A stretch of DNA of 32,628 nucleotides from Nemertoderma westbladi (taxonomy: Eukaryota > Animalia > Xenacoelomorpha), in contig JAUCBJ010006018.1 in assembly GCA_032718475.1 (NCBI GenBank), positions 1 through 32,628 on the forward strand, read 5' to 3'. Below, piece by piece: positions 21,715 through 32,628 of the stretch. The notes under the pieces are model-generated. The model worked only from the letters and a program-made list of their open reading frames with translations, was not told the DNA's origin and ran no database searches. Position numbers and translations under genes: made by a program. Every line of letters begins with the position of its first letter. Within the stretch, counting starts at the first letter, position 1.

Positions 21715-24700
21715 AAATAGGTTGTTTGTGTCCCATATAGGGTGTTTGTGTACCGTATAGGGTGTGAAGTGCTTATAATGATTTCAAATAGTTTCGAAAT
21801 GTAATGGAATACTCAAAAGAATATAGAATTCACTATCATAGCTTTCGTTTAAATTTATCCCAAATAGGTTGTTTGTGTCCCATATAGGGTGTTTGTGTCC
21901 CATATAGTGTGTTTGTGTTGTCAAAGCTTTTACGGGAGGCTGACCTACAAACCCTAGAACGAGTCTTTCTGTAATTCTTATGAGTGTTATCTAGTGCCTT
22001 GGGGTACCTGCCACACAGCTGGAACACTCACGAAAGTATGGGGGTATATATATATTATCTAATATATATATCTAACTGGATGTAGAATTAATTACTGTAA
22101 GTATAAACCCTCGGGGCTAACAAACTGCTTCAAAGGGGGTGATAGTTACGTGCAAACCGTTCCGTTATATTGTGTTGTTGGCGAGTAAATGTACGTATGA
22201 CTTATATATATGACAGGTAGGACACTATGTTTACTCAGTGCGTGGTAATCCTGCATGTTGCCTGCATAATATTAGTAGATGATATTTACTAGTTGGGGAA
22301 TAATATTGCAGTACTATGGACACACACACTTGCACTAAAATGAACCGAATCTATTACAGACAGGGCGCAATCTGCACTAACCATGTGGAAATCGAGTTGG
22401 TTTGATCTCTGGTCCTGTATATTCATTAACAACAGCAATGCAATAGTAGTAATTAATAATAAGGCAACAAGATGCATGCAACAAGTATCTAGTGCACAAC
22501 AAGATACTATGCACAATAAGATGTTATGCGAACAACAAGGTGAAATACTACGAGTCCTGCAATTAACATGACTCGTTCTGGCGGTAAAATTGATGTAAAG
22601 GTTATGCCTAAAGTAATGGGATGCACATCGACTATATAAAGGCACAGTAATGTTGTAAGAATAGAACAGCCAATAAGACGCAAGAATGCTTGCTCCGGTA
22701 GTTACCAATGAGAGTTCAGCAATACCACAACTGCTGCTAGGCAACATGTAAACAAGGTTCATGAAGTTATACAACACCAATCAGGCATAAATGTTATACG
22801 CAATGAAAATAAATGATTCTCTGACAAAATATAAGATTTCGGTATGCAGTTAGCCCGTGCAGCAAAATGTGTCCCAAATAGCGTGTGACTTTCTCAAAAT
22901 GATTCTAAATAGTTTCTAAATATAATGGAATACTCAAAAGAAAATATAATTCACTATCATAGCTTTAATTTAAATTTGTCCCAAATAGGATGTTTTTGTC
23001 CCATATAGGGTGTTTGTGTGCCAAATAGCGTATGACTTTCTCAAAATGATTTTACATAGTTTATAAATATAATGTAAATACTCAAAAGAAAATAGAATCC
23101 ACTATCATAGCTTTAATTTAAATTTGACCCAAATAGGTTGTTTGTGTCCCATATAGGGTGTTTGTGTCCCGTATAGGGTGTGAAGTGCTTATAATGATTT
23201 CAAATAGTTTCGAAATGTAATGGAATACTCAAAAGAATATAGAATTCACTATCATAGCTTTAATTTCAATTTTTCCCAAATAGGTTGTTTTTGTCCCATA
23301 TAGGATGTTTGTGTCCCGTATAGGGTGTTTGTGTCCAAAATAGCGTGTGACTTTCTCAAAATGACTTTAAATATTTTCTAAATGTAATGGAATACTCAAA
23401 GTAATATAGAATTCAGTATCATAGCTTTCATTTAAATTTGTCCCAAATAGGTTGTTTATGTCCCATATAGGGTGTTTGTTTCCCATATAGAGTTTTTGTG
23501 TATTGGTGTTTGAATATTTTTTCCTTTATAAACTATGTAAAATCATTTTGAGAAAGTCACACGCTATTTGGGAAACAAACACCCTACTGTATATGGGTCA
23601 CAAACATCCTACTGTATATGCGACATAAACAACCTATTTGTGAAAAATTTAAATTAAAGCTATGATATTGAATTATATTTTATTTTGAGTATTCCAATAT
23701 ATTTATAAACTATTTGAAATCATTATAAGCAATACACACCCTATATGGGACACAAACACCTAATATGGGACACAAACAACATATTTGGGACAAATTGAAA
23801 TTAAAGCTATGGTAGTGAATTCTACATTCTTTTGAGTATTCCCTTACATTTAGAAACTATTTGAAATCATTATAAGCAATATACACCCTACCCTATACAG
23901 GACAAAAACACCCTATATGGGACAAAAACAACCTATTTGGGACAAATTGAAATCAAAGCTATGATAGTGAATTCTATATTCTTTTGAGTATTCCATGAGA
24001 TTTAGAAACTATTAAAAATCATTTTGAGAAAGTCACACGCTATTAGGGACACAAACACCCTATACGGGACACAAACACCCTATATCGGACAAAAACAACC
24101 TATTTGGGACAAATTGAAATTAAAGCTATGGTAGTGAATTCTATATTCTTTTGAGGATTCCATGAGATTCAGAAACTATTTAAACTCATTTTGAGAAAGT
24201 CACACGCTATATGGGACACAAAAACCCTATATGGGACACAAACACCTAATAGGGGACACAAACAACATATTTGGGTAAAACAAATTTAAATTAACGCTTT
24301 GATAGTGAATTCCATATTCTTTTGAGTATTCCATTACATTTAGAAACTACTTAAAATCATTATAAGAAATGTACACCCTATTCAGGACAGAAACACCCTA
24401 TACAGGACACAAACAGCCTATTTGGGACAAATTTAAATTAAAGAAATGATAGTGAATTATATTTTCTTTTGAGTATTCCATTATATTTATAAACTATGTA
24501 AAATCATTTTGAGAAAGTCACACGCTATTTGGGACACAAACACCCTATATGGGACAAAAACAACCTATTTGGGACAAATTTAAATGAAAGCTATGATAGT
24601 GAATTCTATAGTATTTTGAGTATTCCATTACATTTCAAACTATTTGAAATCATTATAAGCACTTCACACCATATACGGGACACAAACACCCTATATGGGA

Positions 24701-24885
24701 CATAAACAACCTATTTGGGACAAATTTAAATTAAAGCTATGATAGTGGATTCTATTTTCTTTTGAGTATTTCCATTATATATATTAACCGTAAATTCATT
24801 TTGAGAAAGTTACATGCTATTTGGTACAAAAACATTCTGTGTGGGACACAAACACCCTATATGGGACACTAACAACCTATTTGAG
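21715..24885. repeat. Inverted satellite arrays with 147/167-bp units built from ~20-bp subrepeats
   Basis: Unit starts at 21715, 21862, 22983, 23131, 23278 and 23445 give spacings of 147, 148, 147 and 167 bp between adjacent units. Subrepeat TAGGGTGTTTGTGTCCCATA. Reverse-orientation units run from ~23525 to 24885. Confidence 0.9.
21919..22867. mobile_element. 949-bp insertion in the satellite, probable solo LTR
   Basis: Interrupts a satellite unit and is flanked by a 5-bp duplication TGTGT (21914-18, 22868-72). Begins TGT, contains TATA-rich and AATAAA motifs, but ends AAAA rather than the canonical CA. Confidence 0.5.
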
Positions 24886-25825
24886 TCAAATTTAAGACTT
24901 ATTAAGGACTATTTGGGATGAAGTTGAGTCTGGGGGAGGAGGTTGCGATATCACTAATTTGATTGTCATTTAATTATTATTATACAAATGTATTTAGATT
25001 TATTCTAAGTGAATAAATTGCACCACATGAATAAATTGCACAATGAATAAAAAAAATATAAATTGCACAATATGAATAAATTGCACAACATGAAATTAAA
25101 TAACGTGACTATGATGACACTATAGCCTATAATGCATCACAGTCTTACAGGCCATTTGCAAGGCACCCACAGTATATCTTTAACCATAACTAGGGAACAA
25201 GTATTCCAAATGCCCTTATTTAGAATGGGAAATTCCACTATACAGTACATATACCTCAACCAGCTCTTGTCCCAAATACTTTGCTCTGTCCAGTATTGGT
25301 TGTTATAATGAGCCCCGGATTCGTAGTGGACACTTGGATTATATAACAGTGGTATTTACCATTAACCTTTATATAGCCAATAAGGGAGATGCCTAACTTT
25401 AGTAATGTTGGTATTGGTCCGATGACGAGGAGATGGCTCATATGATGATTGATTGGATGCCCCTATATTGGACAGGTTGGAAATCATTACACAACGTATT
25501 TGGGACAGGTAGGAATAATAGAAAGCCCCATAGAAGTGAAAAGAAATACCCTATTCTGGACAATGATGTAGATACTATTGAAAATGAGATCAAAATTGGG
25601 GCGTTTGATGAAAAATTGACTAAGCAGATAAAGTTATAATGTGAAAATTTAGTATCTCGAAAAAATTGTAAAAAAAATACAAGATATTTCAATATTTCAA
25701 AAATTATAAACTCTCTGAATACTATTAAAATATTTTTTCTGACTAATTCTGAGGCGCTGAATCGAATGGAATTGGTTTTATGAGACGAAAGCGAAGTTGT
25801 GGACCCCTATCACAAAAGCTAAAAG

Positions 25826-26146
25826 CTGGCTGTCGGTTGTTGGCTGTCAGTTGTCCCCTGTCGGTTGTGTGCTGTCGTTGTCTGCTGTCAGTTGAGCCCT
25901 GACGGTTGTCTGCTGTCGGTTGAGCCCTGTCGGTTGTCCCCTGTCGGTTGTCTGCCTTCGGTTGTCTGCTGTCGGTTGTCTACTGTCGGTTGACTACTGT
26001 CGGTAGTCTGCTGTCTGTCGAATCCTGTCGGTTGTCTGCTGTCGGTTGAACCCTATCTGTTGTCGACTGTCGGTTGAACCCTGTCTGGTTTCTGCTGTCG
26101 GCGGTCGGTTGAACCGAATCGGTTGTCTGCTGTCGGTGGTCGGCTG
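25826..26146. repeat. Degenerate minisatellite of CTGTCGGTTG-based units
   Basis: Repeated CTGTCGGTTG with TCTG/AGCC/AACC spacers. It produces the spurious QPTAD-repeat ORF at 25980-26165. Confidence 0.9.
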
Positions 26147-26494
26147 TCTCAAAGTAGTATCTCAATTTATTTGAAAAAATGTCAACATCGAGTCGTTATA
26201 TCAGCAGTAACTCGAAAACGAAAAAAGATACAGTCAAGCCAAAGCCGCTTTCGGATTTGGAACCGCCATAAAATTCTGGACAATTATACAGCATAATGTT
26301 TATTTTAGTTTTTCCTTCGACCTGGGGAGATCAACAATTCCTGTATGAAAACAGGAATATTGATCCTTGAGCTGATTGGTTATTCACGGATCAATATTCC
26401 TGTAAGGAACGGCTTGTCTACATTTTATTTATCACTTTTTGCGTTTTAAATTTCGTTTAAATTTTCAAAACAAATACAATTTTAAAAAATTCTA

Positions 26495-26770
26495 AATTTA
26501 CTTTCACTTTCGTGTTTAGATTTAGTTTTACTTTCACTTTCATTTTATTATTAGTTTTACTTTCACTTTCATTTCAATTTCAGTTTTACTTTCACTTTCA
26601 CTTTCATTTCAATTTCAGTTTTACTTTCACTTTCGTTTAGATTTAGTTTTACTTTCACTTTCATTTTATTAATAGTTTTACTTTCACTTTCATTTTATTA
26701 ATAGTTTTACTTTCACTTTCGTTTAATATTCGTTTTACTTTCACTTTCGGTTAATATTTGTTTTAGTTTT
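26495..26770. repeat. T-rich minisatellite (~29-35-bp units, core GTTTTACTTTCACTTTC)
   Basis: About nine visible copies of TTTACTTTCACTTTC. Confidence 0.9.
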
Positions 26771-27310
26771 AGCCATATTTTACCATTACAATCAATCTAG
26801 ACTAGGGGGCCTACCTTAAATTAACTCCCATTTCCTACCTGGACTGAATTTAACCATTCGCACATTTATATCTTTCTCCATGAATCACAATTATGTGAGA
26901 TTGCTATTTAGAATACCTTAAATCTATCTTTATATTGTTATGTACAGTTGTACAAGTTTTGGGTTGAACACCATAATATTATATTATCAATATACAGTAG
27001 GTTACATAGTTATATCCCTTTCCAGCACGCTGATAATTACTACGGTGAGCTGAAAGCAGTCTATAACAATATCCAAGGTTTAGTACTGTAGGCCTACTAC
27101 ATACTGTATATAAAAGGCTAAACCATCAGACACGAGTCAACTTGGTGCTTTGGGGCTGTGACTATGGGAACAAGTTATTTATTTAGCGATCAAAAATTAG
27201 ACAACGACAGACGACTAGGCCTACACTGTACGACAGACAACTCGAATGGTACCCACAACGCGCTAAGCCTTCGCTCACTTCGTGGCTCGCCCCACTTAAC
27301 ATAACATTAA

Positions 27311-28035
27311 GGGGGGGGGGGGGGGGGGGGGGGTACACCATTTTGGTCCAAAATATGTCGAAATTTTTTTATGGTCTATTATAATGCACCATTGAATGGT
27401 GTTTCCAAATCTGAAAACCGCTATTTAATAGCTCTTTTAGTTTTCAAGTTATATAAATTTCCTATTAGGGAACCCTATTGAAATTACTATTACTAAATAT
27501 AATGAAAGGTCGATTATCTCCAAATATTTTTTTTATTAAATTGTCAACTTCAAAACCCTACTACTTCTACAATTTTTGAGTAATTAGTCTGAAACTTCCT
27601 GTAGGTGTCTAGATAGACACCCTGCATAAAAGTATCAGACAACTTTTCGAAATTCTTTGTTAATAAAATTTAATATTATTTATAACAAACCTAAAAATTA
27701 GCATAAATTTGCAGCGCCACCTAGCGGTGCAGAATTATTTTCACAAAATTTCACCTGATAGTTATATTGCCCCATCTTTGATCTATCATATAAAAAATTT
27801 TTCATGAGATTAGGTTCAAAACTGTAAAAGCCTTAGGGTTTTAAGCGCAACCAAGTTTTTTTTATTGTTAACTAGTATTAACTAATATTAAATAGCGAAA
27901 TAAATTGTTTTTCTGACCTGTCATGTAGAATAGCATCTTAGGCACCTATATGCCAAATTTTAGCCAAAACCAAACAATTTTGAAACGCTGAGAGTGATAA
28001 ATTGAAGAGTTGTCCGAAAATGGTGTACCATGTAC
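27311..28035. mobile_element. TTAA-flanked MITE (Kolobok-like by TSD and purine-starting terminus)
   Basis: TTAA at 27307-27310 and 28036-28039. GGTACACCATTTT(G/C)G is inverted near both ends. The left terminus is replaced by a poly-G run. Confidence 0.65.
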
Positions 28036-28659
28036 TTAACATGTTATAATAATACCGGCTTGAATGGTGGCTCTCAAGGACTATCGTTTGAAATACAATG
28101 ATTGTGCCAAGTGCATTCAGAGAGCTCTTATACAGTATGGCTAATTAATACTTCAATATTTATCAAATGTATGAGTTGGCCACAAAATCACGTAAGGCAT
28201 TATTGCGGTAATATATATTGTACAGTACGTGATAATTACAATTACTGTATGATGATTATGCTAAGCGTTTCACTTTTCAATGCTCTAGATAACAAATTGT
28301 TTAAAGAACTGTTGTTGCATTACCAATAGAGATTGGAGCATTTATTTTAATTTAATTTTAATTTTATACCATTATTACCCTGTATATTTATTAGTTTAAT
28401 AATAATTAATTTAAAGGAAACGAAAAATTGTAAGGATTTCAATCAACAGAACATTGTTTGTTAAATAACATATGTATTTATGAAATAAAACCTGTTCCGA
28501 GTTTAAAGACTTCCTGGGGGGGGGGGGGGGGGGGGGGGGGGGGAATACAAATGGAGGTCTACATTGAATATTATGGTTGTGTGAGCCATCTTCACCTACA
28601 GTACTATAATACTACTACTAGGATCGGCATGCTGCATTGCAGCTGCATTTTAAGAATGC

Positions 28660-29890
28660 TGTACCGGCCTGTCGACAAAATTGCGCCACCATAACTCCCT
28701 AACACCCATGAAATTTGCTAGATCATCCGCATCTTCAAGGCCAGTGTCCTTTAAGATACACTTCCAATGTTATATAGTGTCTGGTTGGAGATGTGGGTAT
28801 TGTACTTGACACAATGAACCCCGGCGTAGCATTCTTGTGAATGTGCCATCCAGAGATTTGGTGTCCTCAGCAGTTACAGCCCAGCATGGACTCCCAAAGG
28901 AGTACTGGAACTACTGCTGCTCTAAATAATCGGACCTTAAGTTTCCGATTAATTTTCTGCGACTTCAAAATCTTGGAAAGCCTACTCAATTCAAAGCTGC
29001 CCATGCCTTTCCCTTTGGTGTGCGAAGGTCCTCACCTGACTTCCCGATCCATGATCCCAGGTAACAGAATTCGTCCACATGCTCAAGCATCCCATCCTTC
29101 AAGCTTATGCTGATATGGTCAGGGACTTGCTGAGGACTTGCAGTTGACTGTCAAAATGTTGGTCTTTTTGGAATTAATAAAATGACCAACACTAGAAGCA
29201 GCCTGTTCTAATGAGCTGAGGAGCCGTTGGGCTCCCTCTAGTGATTCTGAGAGTACTCCTAAGTCATCAGCAAAGTCTAGATCAGTTAGGTACTTGGCAG
29301 GATTTCCTCGACTTCTGGAGCCAGTAGGTGGAGTTACCATCACCCCATCATCATTATGATGATCTAAGGACATGCGTAGAACATAGTCAACCACAAAGAA
29401 TGAACAAGAATGGCGCAAGTGTGTCTCCTTGGAGGACTCCCCATAATACTTCAAATGGTTCTGTGTCACCATCAACAGTAGACACAAATGTTGTCGAACC
29501 ATGACTGATTCTATGACCATGACTGGTTGTACTGATTGCTGCAATAATTTCATCAGGAATCCCATATAATGAATGTATGCTGAACTTACGTGAGCGATAG
29601 ACTGAATCAAAGGCCTTGAAGAAGTCAACAAAGATAACAGCCAGATGCTTGTCTTTCCTTTTTGATAATTCTTCAATTATCCTTCTACGACACCCATTCT
29701 GATTTCCACGGAGCAGTCTCTCAATGGGAACCCTGATGCGATTTAATAGAATTCTATTGTATAGCTTTGCAGCAATCGAGATCAATGAGATTCCCCGAAA
29801 AGAACCATAGAGTGTTAGGTTGCCCTTCTTGGGAACTGGCACCAACTTATTTGTTTTCATTTGTTGTGGTACTCTTGTTGTTCTGTACAT
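28660..29890 (-). mobile_element. 5'-truncated, degenerate RTE-type LINE reverse transcriptase (approximate limits)
   Basis: VPVPKKGNL...FRGISLISIAAKLYNRILLNRI, IFVDFFKAFDSV, GVLQGDTLAPFLFI, DLDFADDL and INSKKT are spread across shifted frames. C-terminal LKDTGLEDADDL at ~28715-28755. Confidence 0.92.
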
Positions 29891-31719
29891 GTCTACTATG
29901 ATGGGATAGATGGGCTATGTATAACAATAATAATATATATGGCCTACTATAATAATATCTTATTTAGATTTAACTGTTACCTGGGTATCTAATACATTTG
30001 AATAAATCGATGCGAAACACTGCAGGGGCATAAACAACAACTGTCTGTATCTCCACCGATACTGCCCCCCCATGGTGTGGTGTTCCTTTTTTAATAAAAG
30101 CCTAAAAATCGCTCTTTAGCCTTTGTTGAGGGTATAGTTAGTAGGCCTACAGTATACAGACTTTTAAGTAATATAAATTCAAAAATTCCACCCCATTATT
30201 TAACAATTTTCATAAACCCATTGAAATGAATGATTAAGTTCGCTATATACATTAATTTTACAAAATATTAAAAGCAGCTGCCTTTTTAAACTGCCTTTGA
30301 CTTGTCTTAGTCAAAAGCTTTAGTTTTAAGTAAATTCAATCGTTTTTATTAACTGTTATTAGATCGGTAACAGATTTGCAAACCATTTGTGCGTCTCTTT
30401 GGTGGGAGCCCAGGGGCAAGGTCTACTACCCCCCTATAGCTACGCCCTCTCATGTCCACCATATACCTCATTGGTTTTACTTTACTACCTAAATAAGGAA
30501 ATAAAGGGAACTAGTGCGTTGTCGTTCAATTACCAGGTGACAATGATATCGAATGACTTCACGGAATGGCCTGACCCAGTTGTACTGCGCGTGTAGCGAT
30601 CCCCACCTTAAATAAGTGTAATAATAAAGTAATAAAAAGTGTAATAATTACCATGGAGAACCTTATATAAATTATAGTCAATTTAAGTTGTGGGGCGAGC
30701 GACGAACATAAGCGAGCTTAGCATACAGGTACAGTACCACTAACTCAAATCGGTGTGTCTGTTGATCTGTTGTTCTGTTTGTAACTGTCTAGCAGTTATA
30801 TTAAATTTATTTACCCAAAAATTATTAGGCTTGGCATCAGCTGGTTGCTAGGAGACTGCAGGATATATCAGGTGGGTTTGAAATTCAGCAATACCGGTAC
30901 AATGCAGCAGCAATTAATAATGTGGCCTTGGAAAGTGTGGTAGGCCTATTTCACTTTCTTCAGCCATTCCAGCATTTCCAGATTGCAGAGTTCAGAGTAT
31001 TCAGTTATTCGCGACTATTAAGCCATATCATGTACCGGTACGGTACCTTAATCTTATTAAACATATGTTTTACAGTACGGTACCGGTACTGTTACAGTGG
31101 TACAGAGTTACCGGTACCGTCTCCAGGTCGTTGGCGCCACCCACCAATCGGATCGGCAAAGGCAACCATGGAAGTTTTGAAATTATGCGGACTTAAGACT
31201 GACTGCATATTGTCAGGTTGTACCAGCTGACCTTTATTCCATGTTCCGGTATCCACTACTGCACTAGGTACCCCAACAGCTCAAATACTGCAATACCCAG
31301 CAACGTTTTTGGAATTGTACCAGTACTCAAACAACTCGCCATCAAGGCCACCGCCTCTGTCTGTCGCAGTGTTTGGCTCGACTTTTGGTATCGCTACTGC
31401 GCTAGCGCTATGGGCAAACTGGACTAACCGATGAGCGAGACCCGATGACTGAAGAATGCATTGAATTTTTTGAGTAGTTTGACTGTGGACTTCTATGACA
31501 TCGATGCCAAGCTGCCAATGCAAAAGTTTTTTTTTAAGTAAAAGTTTGGTTAAATTTTCTTAATTATTTATTTAAATTTCTTAAGTACCGATTTTGGGAT
31601 AGAATTGCTCAATTTTAATCTGTATCTAATAACTGACCCTCGTCCTGCGCGATGGCCCCATGAACGTGTTTATTTGTTTAGTTACGTATAATTTGATAGA
31701 TTGATTAAATGTTTAGAAA

Positions 31720-32439
31720 ATGGAGCAGTTTGAGAAAGAGTTGGAATGTTCCATATGTTTGAGGATTCTTTATAAACCTAGGCTGTTGTCCTGCCCTCAT
31801 ACTTATTGCTACCATTGCATTGGAGAAATTTCTAAACAAGGTACTCGGGGCGTTACTATACAATGTCCACAGTGCAGAAATATAACGGTAGTGGAACATT
31901 TAGAATCTCTAGTGACCAATAATGTTGTTAGTTCGTTGGTTGATTCAGTTAGGGAATCAAAAATGTGTGAAAGCTGTTTGGTGACGAAAGGTACAAAACC
32001 ATGCTGCGTTTGTAATTCGGAAATATGTAGAGGTTGTGTATTATATCATACATGCGATGACGATGAACAAATTGTGATAACTTCCTTAGCATCACTCGGG
32101 AGTGGGAGTGGTGCAGCCACCTCTATGGAAGTAGACCCGAATATTTGTCAAACACACAGAAAAGTTAAACAACATTACTGCAATAATTGCGGCACTGTTG
32201 TGTGTAGATATTGTCACTTTGATAAAAGTGAACAAGAACATGAATTTGAACATGATTTGTCAGTGGTCGGAAGTTTTCTTAATAATATCCGAAGGATTCT
32301 AAAGGAAAGCCCTGCAAAGGTTAATATGTTGTTGGCATCTCGTATATCTATACTGGATGAAGTCGCAATGAAATTAGATAATGTATCCAAAGATGCGATG
32401 GATGATATTGAGTTTAGTTTAGTTTCATACACTCTTTAA
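31720..32439 (+). CDS. TRIM-like RING finger / B-box protein with short coiled-coil region
   Basis: RING (CSIC...CPHTYCYHC...CPQCR), B-box1-like CESC...CCVC...ICRGC...H, B-box2 CQTH...YCNNCGTVVCRYC...H, then a helical segment. Clearly related to ORF 3..680. Confidence 0.85.
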   Translation: MEQFEKELECSICLRILYKPRLLSCPHTYCYHCIGEISKQGTRGVTIQCPQCRNITVVEHLESLVTNNVVSSLVDSVRESKMCESCLVTKGTKPCCVCNSEICRGCVLYHTCDDDEQIVITSLASLGSGSGAATSMEVDPNICQTHRKVKQHYCNNCGTVVCRYCHFDKSEQEHEFEHDLSVVGSFLNNIRRILKESPAKVNMLLASRISILDEVAMKLDNVSKDAMDDIEFSLVSYTL

Positions 32440-32628
32440 TTAACTTCAATTAAAATCATCAGATATAAAATGAACCACAATGAGGCACTGCAACATAGAA
32501 TAGTAAATTTAAATTAAATGTTATAAAACGGGTATTGAACATTATTACATCACCGGTACTGTATAGTTGACAATAAAAACGATATACATTTATTTTGTTG
32601 CACCATGTTAAATTAGATATTCAGTTTT

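Larger units (their letters stand above)
21009..25580. mobile_element. Foldback-type element with very long inverted arms containing satellite arrays
   Basis: About 700 bp of largely unique sequence (21009-21714) is inverted at ~24885-25580. The tandem arrays switch orientation near 23500-23525. AAAATGAG is duplicated at 21001-21008 and 25581-25588. The right end reads CAATAG inward. Confidence 0.85.
20343..26417. mobile_element. Non-autonomous DNA transposon with 9-bp TSD (Mutator-like by TSD length); host of the nested foldback element
   Basis: Imperfect ~80-bp TIRs sharing GGAATATTGATCCGTGAAT..AACCAATCAGCTCA and CTGTTTTCATACAGGAAT. CTACATTTT is duplicated at 20334-20342 and 26418-26426. 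Confidence 0.72.

Noticed and set aside
22289-22780. 163-aa ORF inside the putative solo LTR
   Set aside because: No recognisable motif and a non-ATG start. Likely spurious.
21715-24885. CRISPR-like array
   Set aside because: The sequences between repeats are themselves repeated, there are no cas genes, and the context is eukaryotic. It is a satellite.

Overview
AT-rich eukaryotic genomic DNA, most likely from an invertebrate animal. Host genes are a GC-rich, intron-poor YTHDC2 orthologue on the minus strand (two exons visible, 5' exon not found) and two related RING/B-box TRIM-like ORFs pointing outward at the window ends. Positions ~13-30 kb are a dense transposon pile. It holds CCAGG-ended MITEs (one inserted inverted into the end of a sister copy, giving a ~1.7 kb palindrome), a P-element/THAP transposon with intact TIRs and an 8-bp TSD but a broken transposase, and a three-level nest (9-bp-TSD element > foldback element with 147/167-bp satellite arms > probable solo LTR). 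A TTAA-flanked MITE and an RTE-type LINE relic also lie here, with a second relic near 4 kb. The most notable signal is at ~13.0-13.5 kb: a tRNA-derived Pol III promoter fused directly to a minimal type I hammerhead ribozyme of the Penelope/retrozyme kind, preceded by an inverted copy of its own 3' part. All calls were made by eye with no database searches, and boundaries given as approximate should be treated that way.
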